64,000 bases of DNA from Octopus vulgaris (GCA_951406725.2 OX597817.1:87420001-87484000); one strand, 5' to 3'; positions 42,444-57,942 are shown, counted from the first letter of the stretch. The notes: generated by a model from the sequence alone, not told the origin. Numbers and translations: made by a program.

Positions 42444-44839
42444 ATCTTATGTATGTGTCGTCGTGGCATACCAGCAAATAGTTTTTACACTATTTGTATA
42501 TTGTCATAGACTGTCGATTCAGTTTGATTCCGCTTCGATTCGGGTTGTAATATTGATAAACCACAAGAACAGCAAAATATCGGTATCCATCACTCTTGAA
42601 TGGGATCTGTACTGTGGTGAGTTGTCTCGCCTACCTATGTCTTTCAGGTGTATTAATATCCAGTGCAATTAAGGAGTCGTCCTTCAGGTATCTCCCCGTC
42701 ACAAACTGGCGAACAAACAAAACACATACATTGTGTATGCGCAGTCGATTATGTTTACTGCAGTAACGCTGCTTTCAATTCCTTACTAAATTTGCTAGGA
42801 CGATCCGATTCCTGACTGAAGATTAGAGGCTTCGAATGACCCGTCCGTTCTTTGTGTCGTCTCTTTGTGTTTTTTGCGTTCTTGTCCCATTTTGTATTTT
42901 TTATATATAATTTTTATACATACATATATATATATATATAGAGAGAGAGAGACTGATAGATATAGATAGATAAACATATATATATATACATAAACATGGT
43001 GTGTGCAGCAGAGAGTCCAATGTGTAAATGGTAACTTACGAATGTAACACCATAGCTAAAGTATTGTGTTGTCTTTGGGTCCAAAGAAATGTTGTAAAAT
43101 ACCAGTCACTTAATTCAGAACATTATGTGCAATTCATTTTATCACATACACCAAAATCTTCCACATGAAGGTATTTGTACATGTGACTGCTGTACAACAG
43201 CAAATACAATGCAACGGTGCAGCAACTAGAAAAGATTCAAGAGCCAGCTAATATCGGCAGATATTGTAAAGTACAATGAAGAGAGAGTAGCATATGGTAC
43301 AAGCCACCACATAACTTAAACCTAACAACAATCGGAGCGTCGTTTTGCTTTCTATTTTAAATTGGCAGTTATTAGCAAGTTGGTATTTGTTCGGACTCTC
43401 CCGAAACAAAGTACAAATCCCGCTTAGGTCAAATTTGCATTAAAAGTATAGAGATGGTTAGGATGTATAGTCGGGAAACTCCCTTTGCAACCACGTAATT
43501 TCGGGTTCAGTCCAACTGCACAGCATCTTGGAAGAGTGGTTTCTGCTCTAGCCCAGACAGACCAATGCCGTGTGCGAGAATTTGGTAAAGCGAAAACTGT
43601 GTAGAAGGCCGTAGTTTATATATATAAATGTATATGTGTGTGACTGTGCTTGTTCCCCACACCTCTTGACATCTGGTGTTGGTCTGTTATGTCTCTGTAA
43701 CTAAGCAGAAAAAAGAAATCGACTGAATAAGTACCAGACACAAAATAAGTACCAGGGTCGATTTATTCGACTTATTTTGAAGGCGGTGCTCCAACATGGC
43801 TGCAGTCCAATGACTGCAACAAATAAAAGATAAACGCTATATAAAGATTTTTCTAACGGATACACATACCAATAAAAGCTATCGGCTATAAGTCTACTAA
43901 GTAAACCCCATCCTTTTAGCAAGATTCACACTACGAAGATAGTATGAATAGACCCAAGAAAGAAGATATTTTTGCTATTCCTAAAGTACGAAGCTTTCTC
44001 TCGGCTGAAAGAAAGATGCCTTGAAAAATGTACTCCATTATGGTACAAGTACGTATATAGTTGTGTAGAAGTGATAGCACTTCCGTTGAGAATCCGTTTA
44101 TAACTTACTGTATGCAGTCACACGAAGACCATTACGATACTGGGGAAATATAATGGAGATAAGTGAAAAAGGTAGAACAGAAACGATTTCATTTATAATT
44201 CTGCATAATGAATCAATGTTTAGAAAAACTGTATATGTGTAATATTCAAAATGAGGTTGACAACAACAATACGTATGGGGGAGGAGACGGTGCTGAGTAT
44301 TTGTATAAATGTATGCATTATGTACGTACGTATGTATGTATGTATGTATGTATGTATGTATGCATGTATGTATGTATAGAAAGCGAATTCGTAGTGTCGT
44401 TAGTATCGAATAGATTGTCTTGCGGTATTTGTCCCCTCTCTTTTGAAACTTCACCGTTTCAAAGTAGATAAAGAAAGTACCATGTTTTCTACTAGGATCG
44501 ATTCTTCTCTTTCATTCATTAATCTCTTTTGGGGAAAAAATCGGCTATGGTCAGGCTTGAAGAGGAATGTATTCCGCCTGGTCTAAAAATGTCCAAAACT
44601 CAACGATTTTCATATGACACCGTCAGGTGTGAAGTGCGTGCGTACGTACATACATACATACATACATAATACATACATACATATATACATATATATTTAC
44701 ATAATACATACATACATACATACATACATACATACATACATACCTATACATACGAACTCGAAGCGACAAATCGCATATTTGGCGTGGGAGACTATTTATC
44801 GAAAATACGATGAATATTATCTCCAACTTTGGAGTCACA

Positions 44840-47800
44840 ACTATCAGCCTTGTTAAGTAACTGGCTAATATTCAGATGAATTAACTGAGGGAGTCTTTTA
44901 TTCACGATCGTAGTGATTTTCGACTAAAACTTGAATTTAGCATGCAGTGAGTTACTACAAACAACATGGCTGGACGCAACATCAACAACAACACAACCAA
45001 GAAACAGAACGAAAACAACAGCTCAACAGGTAAACAAATTCTTTCTAGCTGTAGTTATAGAAGAAAGTATAATTACAAAACTCATTTCTCTTGGAGTTAT
45101 GATTTGAATGCTGATCTCTTTAACTGCTACAAAAAAGCGAGACAGAACCCCGCTGCTAGCTATTTGAATCGACTGAAATCATATTGGGAAGTTCTGCATC
45201 CAGAATTAAATAATTTTACTGCGAAGCAACTACGCCAACAAGCAGCATTTGTAGAACATAGGAAGAAGGTAACTGTAACTTTATTTAAAAATATAAAATT
45301 AACCTTCTTCCCAACTCTATAAACAATAACGAAAACATGAATGATATAAAATCACCACGCGGTGTCGCAGATTCCATAGTGCCTGCCAGCCAAACTACAT
45401 AACTGGCTTAAGTAACTGACCACTGTCCCCCTACTACGACTGTAATAAATAGCAGGCACAACTGCAACGATTATTGTAGTAGTAGTGGTAGTCAGGTGAA
45501 ATGTGCCCGCACTGAAATTTTTCGAGAAAAAATAACTTTGGCTTTGAAGTACTCTCTCGGGGAAAGATACTGAAAGCTGTTAACGAAATTGGTATTTACA
45601 ACTGTGTGATGAAATCACATACTAGCAGATTAGCGCCTGTCTATATGCTCTGGCTACTACTGCAAAACAGTACATGAATGGCATTAAAAAAGTAAACAAA
45701 ACCGAAACGAAAAAGAAAGTACCCTCATGGGTTTTGAAGACAGAGAAAAAGACAACTGGTTTACGGAAGACCATCAGTCATGTAACGATGCTTATTGCAT
45801 GCAAACAAGTAAATCACTTTACTTCCTACAACTAAAAGTAAAGAAGAAGATAGAAATGATGTTTGGAGACAGCAAAAAGAGGACACTCACTTGCAAACTG
45901 ATTACCTTCAAACAGGAGCTAAGAGCTGTCAGTGAAAAACTTCGACATCAGAAGAGAATAACCGAGAGAAGAACAATAAATAAAAAAATTTAGCCGCAAC
46001 CAGGCAGCAGTATACAGAGCCATGAGAAGGGGAGCAGTGAATATCACGGAGGCTCCTTCACGAGAAGACATAGACTCCTTCTGGAGGAAAATTTGGAGTG
46101 AAGAGAAGGAGTTTAACCAAGATGCTTTGTGGATGGAGAAAATCCGAAGAAGTTATTGCTCCTGCGTTACATCCAAGAAATACAACCTCTTGCAACATGA
46201 TGGAAAATCATTTGGAAGAGACTTCATTGTTAGATATTGGCACAAGAAGTTAACATTCTACCGAGCATATCTTATTAATCTGTACCAACAACAGGTTGCT
46301 CTGACAAAGACAAAATTGATCCCAACTTAATGCATAAGATATATAGAGCGTGTTTAAAGCTCTTCCTCCAAGACCATTGTGAAACCAATAACATTATCAC
46401 AGCAGAACAAGCAGCTGGGAAGAAGGGAGTCTGGGCATGTGCCGAGCAATTGTTAATCAACAAAACTGTGATGTCAGATGTGCGAGAGCATAGGAAAAAC
46501 CTAATTTCAATGTGGCTAGACTACAAGAAAGCATTTGACTCTGTTCCCCATTCATAGACTCTAGAAGCCCTTCAACTTACTAAAGTTCCAGTGAGCATAG
46601 TCAAAGCCATAGCTGATCTGACTTCATCGTGGGTCACCATCTTGAAATCAAGCACAAAGAGTGACTGTATTATCACTGATAGAATACAGTATCGCAAAGG
46701 CATATTCAAAGGTACAGCCTCTCTGTCATGTTTATACTTTCTGTAAACCCCTTGTCATTCATGTTAAGGAAGTCTGAAGAGTATCTCACTGGTTCACAAG
46801 GAAACAGAAATACCAAAGTTTCACACTGTTTCTTTGTGGATGTCTTAAAACTTTATGCAAAGAATATGCATGAGATGAAAAAGAGCCTTGGCCTAGTTAC
46901 AACATTCTCAAAGGATGTAGGGTTAGAGTTTAGTCAGGATAAATGTTGTTATAGGGTTGTGAAAGGGGGGAAAGCTATAAACCAGACTAGTAACATCTCC
47001 ATCAATGATTTGACGGTTTCTCCTACAGTTGACGAGAAATGTTACAAGTATCTAGGGATGGATGAAAACATATCTTACAATGGCACCCGTAACAAAACAC
47101 GTGTCACTAAAAAATATTACAGCCGAACAAAGAAAATTTGGACCTTAGAGCTCTCTTCATTCAATAAAACTGTCCCTCAATGTGTTTTCGATGCCAGTAC
47201 TCATACAAACATTAGGGCTGCTTGATTGGATGATTGATGTGAAAACCCGAAAAATACTAGCAAGGACACAAAGCTTCCACTTAAACAGTGACGTAGACCG
47301 TCACTACCTAAAACGAAAACAAGGCGGCAGAGGTTTAACATCGATCCACAGTGCCTTTGAATATCGCATCATATCCTTTTGGCAACATCTTTTAACTACC
47401 AAGTGTCGAAGTCCATCCCTTGATCAAGTTTACAGACATGAGGCTGATAACATCACAAGACTTAGAAGGCAGCACCTTGGGCGACTCCACCACAATGTTA
47501 CATCAGATGAAAGGATGAGCCTATATGAGCAGAAGACTATGCAAGGTTATGTTAGTAGAAATCTCCAAGATGATAGTAACATCGATCATAAAATCAGTTT
47601 ATCATGGACCAATAACCAAATTACTACCTTCCACTTTGAAGGGTATGCGTTTGCAATCCAGGAACAGGAAATATCAACCAAGTGCCAGATGTACAAAACC
47701 GATAGAGATGCAGGAAAAGCAGGAAAATTTGACAACCGAAGAGATCACCCACATCATAAGCAGTTCTCCGATATATTATCTACCCATAATACATGATATA

Positions 47801-48697
47801 GCTAGAACACTCTTTAATGAAATTCGTTGGAAGGATAACTCCAAGGACAAAGAAATAAGAACTCACAGTATGGTAGAAACCATAGCCACTCATAATAAAA
47901 AGGAATACTGGTGGAATGTCCCAGCGAAGACATCAATAAAATGTAACCAGAATAGATCTGATATAATGATTTGGGATCGGAAGAGTAACTGCGTACAGTT
48001 GTAGAAATTAGCTTCCCAGCATATGTTAACATAAAACTAAAGATCAGTGAAAAAGAGAAAACTTACGCTGAATTGTTGAGAAATCTGCAGGACACTATAT
48101 AATGGAATCCATCTGAAGGATAACTCCGAGGACGAAAAAATAAGAAGCCACAGTATGCGAGAAGCCATAGCCACTCATAATAAAAAGGAGTACTGGTGTA
48201 ATGTCCCAGTAAATTAGCTGCCCTGCGGATATTAACATAAAACTGAAGATTATTGAAAAAGAGAACACCTATGTTGAACTATAGAGAAATCTGCAGTTAC
48301 TCAATCCAGATTATAAGTTCGGGTTTATACCTGTAATTATTGGGGCACTGGGATATGTAACACACTGCCTAAAGACCAATCTTGAGAAATTAGGTTTCTC
48401 AAAACCAGAAAGGAGAAAGCTAATTCGAAGACTACAGATCCAATCCATCACTAGAGTTGCAAAAATCTGTAAAACTTTCCAGAAGTTCATCATTTAAAGT
48501 TATCTGAGCATGTCTAGATATGCAACTATATGCATGAGAATACATACACAAAGAAAAACATGCATATTTGCACATACATACATACAAAAATACCTTGTTG
48601 TTGATGTTGAAATTCAAATAAAAGAGCCTTGGATTTAGGTTAGAAACCGGCTCTTTTTCTATTGGCTAGAAATCTTCAAATAAAACGGAATAATGAC
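44840..48697 (+). mobile_element. R4/Dong-like RLE non-LTR retrotransposon, near full length but disrupted
   Basis: RT motifs EQAAGKKGVWACAEQLLIN, WLDYKKAFDSVPH, FFVDVLKL (degenerate YxDD), YKYLG and KQGGRGL. RLE NRSDIMIWD..VEIS. Many stops and frameshifts. Confidence 0.85.
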
Positions 48698-48859
48698 ATA
48701 TATATATACATGAATACATATCTATATATGTGTATGCGTTATTTATGTAGGCAAGTGTGTGTGTGTGTGTGTGTGTGTCTGAGCGTCAAAGTAATTCATT
48801 CCTTGTGCACATTCTTTTGTTTTCTGTTAGTGTTAATTTTATTGTTCGTTTATTTGAAT

Positions 48860-48905
<46 letters not shown>

Positions 48906-49914
48906 GATTTCAGTATAGCTTAATTACCTGGTCCGTGAATTAGTGTCTAATAGTTTGAGTAATCCAGAGATATATGGCCCTTTAACATAAGCCTTATACA
49001 GAATTAGCGTGACACCGGTTGTATTTGTTTTCGGGTGTGTGTGTGTGTGCTTAAAGGCTGGACAATCCATCAGATAATTTCGTGCCAATATATTATACTC
49101 TCAGCAAAGCAAATATCACATCATCTCATTTTCCATATAAGCCATGACAGGTTCGGTAATAGCTGACTTTATTATTGTATACTCATTCCTTCAATAAATC
49201 TCTCAGCAAAGCCGACACATTTTCTTGTAAATCGAAAATAATTATTAGTGCGTATATAACGGCTACTAATCGAGTTTTCTGTCTCATAAACAGTTTTATT
49301 GATTAAAATGAAATTACTAACATCACTTATTATAAATTCAAATCAAGCAAGGTATATGAACAAATTATATTTGTGTCGCTGTCGACCTTTGTGTCGTTGT
49401 TATTGTTTTTGCCTCTGTTGCTGGTATTGCTGCTACTCTTATTCTCATTTTAATGAGATTTCGATTTACTTTTACCAATTCACTAAAGACTTTCGAAAAT
49501 TGTAAAAAGTGCATACGTGAAAATCATTCTTTTTTTTTATTTATTTTTATAACAAGAACTATAACTCCATCTCTCTTGATGTCAGTTTCTCTCCTTTTCC
49601 TTCTCTCTATCATTGATTAACTATGCTTTTCCCTTACACTCCACTTACTTGTTTCTCTCTCCATTTATTTCGTTGACTGTGTCCTTCTCGTACCTTTTAT
49701 CTGCTGTTTTGTTTTTAGCCTCTTCTCTTGCAAGTTTCATCCCATTTGTTTCTCATAGATAAAGAAACCGTACATAGATACGCATGAGCAGAAGCTTTGA
49801 CTACGGCTTCATCTGCCGTCTGCTTGCGCCCAAAACTAATTAGAAGGCTCATCTTGGCAATGGTTGCATTGCAAGACTCTATAGTCATCATAACCAAACA
49901 CACTTGGCCCGCTT

Positions 49915-50745
49915 AGAATTCTAACACCGATGGTAATGAGTGGCAAGACAGAACTTCATCAGACAATTTTGTTGGTATACTCAGCCATATCCAATAACAG
50001 ATTCAACAGCTGATGCATGTACATAATCCTGCTAGCTGCTACCTCCTATGCAAGCAACTGTCACACAAAGCTTGGCCTTGCCTTTCCAAAAAGCTATCAT
50101 CAGAGCTCCACCGAAACCAGATTTGGTTTCAGCCCTCTTTATGATGTATCGCATAAGGTGGAGATTGTCGGGATTGCACATATTTGCATTTCTCCTACCA
50201 GACTGCCGACGACAAGCGGCAACCTTTTCGCTAGCACCTTGACCAACATCATAAGCTCCATGTGTAGCAGAGTTATGGGCCGAAAATTTCCTAGCATGTC
50301 CTTATCGTCTGCGTCCTTTCTCAACAGCGTTACCATATGCCGGCTAAGAGCACTAGAAATGTTCCCGTTACGTTCTGCTGCCAGTTACTGTAGACATCTG
50401 CCAAGAGGCCGCAAAACAAATCTGGCATAAACTCATAGAATTCATCGGGCAGACATCCAAACCGGCCGATTTGCGACTTGTGCAATCGCTCATCACCTCC
50501 AAAATTTCAGCGACAGTTATTGTCTTATCACATATCCTCGCATCCACTGATGAGAGCTGTGGCAGGTCGTCCATGTATGAAATAAAGTCGTTGACCCATC
50601 GCTGTCTCCAAACAGTCTCGCGAAGTGTTGCTGTAAAGCCGCATACATCTGTTCCCGTCCGAGTAGCACGCGCCCATCCCAATCGGTCAAAGAACTGATC
50701 ATGATTTTGTTTCCAAGTCGTGTCTCCACCGTTCGGGCCCATCGG
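49915..50745 (-). mobile_element. L1/Tx1-like LINE reverse transcriptase fragment
   Basis: KSAGLD, VTLLRKD..LGNFRPITLLHMELMMLVKVLAKRL..Q.CAIP. Confidence 0.75.
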
Positions 50746-50852
50746 ACGGCTTTATAAGAACAACAACAACAATAATGATGATGATAATGATGATGATGAC
50801 GTTTGTATATGTATGTATATGTATGTATGTGTATGTATGTATTTATGTATGT

Positions 50853-50952
<100 letters not shown>

Positions 50953-51297
50953 CATAATTAAATATCAGAATGAGATTGAAACAATAATCGCTCGATAATG
51001 TAAAGTATAGAAGCCATCTTATCATGGCTAACCACATTGGGGAGGGGGTGTTACTGTAGCTTTATAGCCCCAAGAGATCTTCGTCTCTAGCTGGCTTTCG
51101 GCACAATATCAGTGTCCTTGGAGTATTTGCAAAGGGAGGCCATCCCTTCCTCGCAAGCCTGAGTGATACGCTCGAACTAGTTTCGGGATTGTAATATAAT
51201 ATATGACAATTATCCGGTTGCCATAATAAAACTCCGAGTTTTGGATGTCGGGGCAGAAATCTGCACCGGCATCTCTTCTGTTACCGAGGAAATTAAA

Positions 51298-51963
51298 ATA
51301 TGCTATGAAAATGACCGTTAAACAAAGGGAAATTACTATGTAAATGACCGTTATTAAGACAAAAGAGCTATTAGAATGACTGTTAAATGAGGAAAAAAAC
51401 CGAAGAGGAGAAAGTAAAATGTAAAGGAGTAAAAATGTTCATAGCAATCCCGTATGCGCGCATGTACATGCATACACATGCGCGCACGCACACTCACGTA
51501 CATGTGCCTATATGCATATGCTCACTCAGACTCGCATTAAACACATATATACGCACCCGCACATACGCCAAATAGATGCACATATATATGCAACCATGCA
51601 TGTACACGTATACATATAGCACGTGTGTATTTTTAGACGTGTATTCGAATATAACTGTGCGCGTATGAGTAAGTACACGTGTGTGTGGGTGCGCGTGCGC
51701 GCGTGTGGATATGTATACGTGAACATGCATGGTTGCATATATATATATATATATATGTGCATCTGTGTGGCGTATGTATGTGTTTCATGCCAGTCTGAGT
51801 GAGCATATGCATATAGGAACATGTACGTGGGTGTGCGTGCGGGTATGTGTATGCATGTACATGCGCGCATACGGGATTGCTATGAACATTTTTACTCCTT
51901 TACTTTTTACTTCCTCCCCTTCGCTTTTATTTTCCTTATTTAACGGTCATTTTCATAGCGTAT
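51298..51963. repeat. foldback/MITE-like inverted repeat
   Basis: Termini gctatgaaaatgaccgttaaa / tttaacggtcattttcatagc; ~250-bp inverted arms. Confidence 0.75.
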
Positions 51964-52341
51964 ATATATATATTAGGAACACACTATGTGATGAAAACGA
52001 ATCGGATAGCATGCTGTCTGAGTCGTTTCATCGCACGAGACTATCAGTATCGTATAAAAATATATGGTATATTTATCTCTCATTAGATGGCGTACTTTTT
52101 TTGCTGATATTACCGTCATAGAACAGTATACTATATATACATATATGGGAGGGCGGGTTCAAAAGTTTATAGGTTGACAATGAATGAGTGATGGTAAAGC
52201 TGTAAAATCTTGCAAATCTTGCATATATTAAGTTCAACCCTTCTTTTTAATAATTGCATTGCTTCTTTCCAAGTAATCTGACATCTGACTGTTCAAAAGA
52301 GACTTCAAAACCAACTAGCAGCAACTTCACTTATATACATT

Positions 52342-52408
<67 letters not shown>

Positions 52409-53057
52409 AAAAAGGTATACAAATGTATATGTGTGTATGTATGCATACATACATATGTATATATTGAAAAATTGCTGTTTTGAATGAGTATAATGACCAA
52501 CGACACATGTGTATATGTATGTGCGCGCGCGCGTGTGCATGTGTGTTTGTTCGGAAAATACGATTTCTGAAGGTGAACGATAAAATCACAATTGTAATTT
52601 CGGTTTTGGCAGTGATTTTGAAGAGAGGTTGGATGCTGGAATTTGAGTATAATAATCAAGAATAGAATGAGAATGGTCTTGTGTGCGCGCTCGCCTGTGT
52701 GTACGTGCGCGCGTGTATGTATGTGAGTGTGTGCGTCCGTGTGTGTTATTGCTTCTAATATATCAACTGAACCTTTTCTAAATAGTTCTCATGAAATTAC
52801 TACAACAAGGAATGATTAAATAATTGAATAGAGAAGAAGCCTTCAAAATAGTCGGTTAAAGAAATATCTAAGCAGGTTAAGCAAATACACGGATATGCTT
52901 TATGAGAAATAATAGAAAATAAAATAAAGAAAATGGGAGAGGAAAATATTGTAGTAGGTGTATTCGTCTATAGAGATATTACGTGACTAGAGAGTCATTC
53001 ACATAAATTACATATAGCCCGATGGTTGAGGTGCGTACCTAAGCTCATATAAATATA

Positions 53058-53577
53058 CAGGGTGTCCACCCAAAATTGACATCATTTGAAACGTGAATAT
53101 CTGAGTAACTACATGTCCAAGGCGAACAAAATTAACTAGACTTCATGTTGGACAGTAAAAGATTTATTTATCAAAATTCGAACAAGAGATTAAGAGGGAT
53201 GTAGATTTTATAACCGATTTCACGAAGCTTCACAAGTGCTCAATATGCGCCCCGCCTGTGACACGACACGCGTCAAGTCGCTAGACTAGATCTCTCCAAA
53301 CATGCTGTAGCATGTCATGCGTAATATTCTCCAGTACTTCATTGATTCTCTGCTCGAGTTCTTTAGGTTTGTTGGAAGATATAGACCAATCCTTTCACAT
53401 AGCCCCATAGAAAAAATCCCAAGATATCAAATTAGGTGAACGTGGTGGCCATTTCAGCAACACATTGTCATTATCACTGGCATGCCCAATCCAAACTTAG
53501 TTTTTGCACATTTTGGAGATCATTTAAGCGACTGTTATTAGATTCCGAAATTTTCTTTTTTTGAGGGGGACACTCTG
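53058..53577 (-). mobile_element. Tc1/mariner-superfamily deletion derivative
   Basis: TA|cagggtgtcc ... ggacactctg TIR. Minus-strand remnant WPPRSPNLISWDFF/LWGYVKGLVY. Confidence 0.7.
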
Positions 53578-54558
53578 AATATAAATAGACATATGCAGCT
53601 TTACAGTTAAACACGTTTCAGTAATCAAGTGATTAGTTGATCATATCCCTCTCAATACTTATTTTATTGCCCTTTATTCCTCAAGCCGCTAAGTTTCAGG
53701 ACAAAAAGAACACGACATAAACAACAACACCAGTTATAAACACTGTAAACGTAAACACTAACGTGAACATGTTCATATATGGGTGTTTGTGTTAGTGCAT
53801 ATATACATATATATATATATGTATGTCTGTACACACATCACTGGGTTAGAAAATAAAGGAATAAAAAAAGTGTTGAAAGACCGATAGTTGCCATGGAGTT
53901 GCCATAGAGTGTGTTAGTGTGTAGTAGAGAAATATTTTCTCTTCTTCAGCTTTTCTTTGAATTTTGTTTCTTTCACCCTTTCTGCGGTTCTCTCTATCAC
54001 ACTAAAAATCATTCTTTCTCATATACGCATCACACTGGTGCACACATGCGTACACATACTCACGCATACACACTTTTTGACTCAACTGTTACCCACTCTC
54101 TCTCCATCTTTATCTCTGTCTCTCTCCCCTCTCTCCCCAGTTCTCTCCAGAATATATACTGAAATATATACTGAAACACGGCAGTTATGAAAGTTCTTCA
54201 ATTAAAAATCGTATCGTTGATAAGTTTGTATATGGTTTCAAAATACCATGGAAAGTTTAAAATATTTTATTCTCTATTTCTTCCAAGTTCGGTTTATATT
54301 TATAAAATATCTAGATATGTTCTTTGAATCAGACAGTGAATTTCAATAATCTGCGTAATAAATATGTACCTTTATGTGTTTAAGTAAAACACAGGTTTTC
54401 AAATGACTTCATTTGATATAGTAGACCTTGAACAAAAGGAAAAAAGGATGCAAATTTTTAACGTTCAGTTGGCTATTGGCTGCTTTACTTTCACTCCAAT
54501 CAAGTAAAACCTTAAGAAATCTTACTTTAGAGGAGTATTTATAATAAAAAAATATAAT

Positions 54559-54609
<51 letters not shown>

Positions 54610-55625
54610 CTGTGTGCGTGTGTATAATTATATTTTTATTATAATGCAAATACTTCTTTAAAGTAAGATTTCTTTAAGTTTTATTTGAATTGAGTAAAGT
54701 AAGCAGTAAAATAAACCGAACGTTATATGCAAATATAATTACATAAAAAAGAGCTACGTAAAAACTTGTTACTTAGTTTAAACCTTGCTTAAAGTTTAAA
54801 AAAAACACCGGATGCTAGTAACGAAAGCATCTGAGTACTGAATATGTTGAAATAGTTTTTAGTTTTTTTTCCTGAACTAAGTAACTTAACTTGCATCAAG
54901 ATTTCATGTTGTTTTTGTTTTTTTGCATGTATCTTTTATTGTAAAGCAGACACTTGTTTACAGTAACGCTATAAACCTGATTCTTTACACAGCTACTGAG
55001 CCTTCTCTCTTCAATCGCATTGTACAAAAAAGGTTAGGTTGAAGAAGGAAGCAATAAAACATCAAGAAAGCCTTTCAAACTTAAACTATTTTCTTCTAAT
55101 AAGGTATGCCTCACTTCGTAAAATGTTGGATTTGTCATAATTTATTTGTTTCAATTTAAATTGTGCTGACAATTCGAAAGGATGATGAAATAACGCTATG
55201 TATGGCCACCAACGACTTGATACGTTTAGAACTTTGTAACGTGTTTGAAAAAATATTGTATCAAATATCTCCACCAAAAATGAAAACAACGATACTGACT
55301 TCTTAACATGGATTAAAACAGCCTTTAAATATTAAATTATGTCCCTTCATTTGCTATGTCGAAGAGGTGCAGAAGGTGTGTGACCGGAGCAGCCGCTAGA
55401 CGTTGGAATAGACGCTGTTCTGGATTTGATGAAGGAAGATAAGGCAAGACTTAGTATACTAGTTAATCCATAACTGGGGCACTAACATATGCAATTATTC
55501 CGGTTAGACCGGGGACTCGCTAAGAGGTGATTCCACACTGCTCAAAACTCTGGAACTTACGCATCAAGGCCCCATTACCGGTTTCAGTTTAAAGCCATAC
55601 TCAGGACACTTCCAGATCCAAGTCG

Positions 55626-55657
<32 letters not shown>

Positions 55658-55708
55658 ATATATATATATATACATATGTGTGTGTGTGTGTATATATATA
55701 TACATATA

Positions 55709-55758
<50 letters not shown>

Positions 55759-55833
55759 CGCACACACACACACGCACACACACACATATATATATATATA
55801 GATATATATACTAGAATAAATATATGCTAAAAT

Positions 55834-56040
55834 AAGGCGGCGGGCTGACTGAATCGAGCGAACTGCTTAGCAGCATTCCGTCTGTCGCTACGTTCTGAGT
55901 TCAAATTCCGCTCAGGTCGTGTTTACATTTCATCTTTTCAGGATCGGTAAAATAAATACCAGTCGAGCACTGGTTTTGATGTAATCAACTTACCTCCTAC
56001 CCAAAATTGTTGGCTCTGTACCAAAGTTTGAAACCAATAT
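55834..56040 (+). mobile_element. SINE (family D)
   Basis: aaggcggcgggctg...acgttctgagttcaaattccg...ccaaagtttgaaacc. Confidence 0.7.
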
Positions 56041-57896
56041 ACATGCTCATATTCACACATATCTAAACATACACACACATACACACACACACATACACAC
56101 ACACACACACACACACATACACGCACGCACACACACACAAATATATATATATATACAAATATACACGCAGATATACTTACGTGTGTGTTTAAAAGCAGTT
56201 CATTTAATTTTTGCTTGAGGCTAGCGATTCTAGGTTATACACATATAAATACAATAAACTGGTTGTGTCATATACGCATTGCAATAAAAAAGAAAAATAT
56301 CAAATATTTTAAATTGGATATGAACATTCATTAAAATACAGTGATTTATATTAAAAACATGAATGCTTTCATTCGTCTGACTCTCCGCAATCATAAATAA
56401 TAAGATATACTCGTAAACCGGTAATTAGGAGAAAAAGATAAAATAATGAAACAAAAATCTGTCGAAGGTTAAAGTCTGAAAAGTTCACAGAAAAATTGAT
56501 GAAAGACAAAGTCAGCCTCGGCAGGATAAGAATGCTTATATTTAAAAGTAACGGCATTAAGATAAATATAATCAACAGTTTTGTTTTTCGTTTTTGCTAC
56601 TTTCGCGAATTCCCACGACTTTCTGTCGCCATCCAATTCCATTATTATGAATTTGAAGTAAGAACTTGAATCATAGTGAATCTATGGACTCCACTCCTAT
56701 GGATGCATTGGAGTTCCTCTCTTGATAGAGTTTTGTAATCCTGGTAATCCAGACCGTTGATCTTCCAGGATTCCTCTGCTCAGCATCAATGTAAGAAACA
56801 CCGCTGATTCAGCTGAGCTCTTCCGTTATCTCTTCTGTTACCTTTTCACAATCCGCCATGCTGCAGTCCCATGACTACGCCGTATCTCCTGCATACATAA
56901 ATCAAACGCAAAGATTTGAATGCATATGCACGTACATGCGTGTATTCATATTTGAGTATGCACAAACCTTTATGCTTGCATACATACATGCGTATATACA
57001 AACATGCGTACTTATATGCATACATAAATACGAGTACATACATACTTGCATGCTTACATACATACACATACGTACGTAGATATATGCATACAAACATACA
57101 CACATACATACACACACACGTATGGAAACATACATACATACATTCACATATACATACATGCACAAGGTATAAAGAAGCCTAGATAATTCGTTATATTAGC
57201 ATGAAAAACTAGAACGCAGATAGGTAAACAACAGAATCTCTATTACCTACAAACACAGTGAAATATAATTCTGTTTTCAGCGATTGTGCATGACCAGAAA
57301 TCATGAATTAACTTAAAGTTGGTTACATATTAGTGGATGCATATATCTGAGAGTGTTTACACATGACGAGATAAATCATGTAAAGTAGAAGGAAAATGGA
57401 ATCTGCACTGTTTTAGAACGATCGTAGTTAGTTGAAACCAGATCAGAATTAATGTCTGTAGTGACTTGTCACGCATTATCTCATTATTTCTGACATTATT
57501 TCAGAAATTACTGACTTTAGCGGAAACCAAAACTGCTGCTTAGATGTACTGATTACATTTCACAAAGAGCTGAAAGACGAACGAACGAACACAAGGGAAC
57601 TCCCTTCGAGAGAATTAACAGCCAAATCTACAACAAATAGTACCTTGCCGTCTTTAAATAAGGGCAACACACACGCTTGAATATATTATCATTGATTCAT
57701 TATGTTTGAGTACACGACTGGAATGCCGGTCATACGACTGAAGGCCGACGCGGTGAGAATGGGATGTTCTTCGTTGTTCTAACACCTATCCAAAACTCAC
57801 AACACAATTACAAAAGCAAGAGAACAATTCCAAAAGATAAACACACAGATAGATAGATAGATAGATAGAAGGATAGATAGATAGATAGTAGATAGG

Positions 57897-57942
<46 letters not shown>

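Noticed and set aside
42797-42846. ctgactgaag..cttcgaa hammerhead-like motif
   Set aside because: Core lacks CUGANGA and GAAA..UH; cannot be supported from one copy.
51165-51290. Minus-strand CAGAAGA...cccGAAActagttc
   Set aside because: Core is mutated and stem I is unconvincing.
55570-55610. Minus-strand CUGAGUA..GAAAccggUA
   Set aside because: Palindromic stem III is present, but G8 is missing and stems I and II do not pair; at most a relic.
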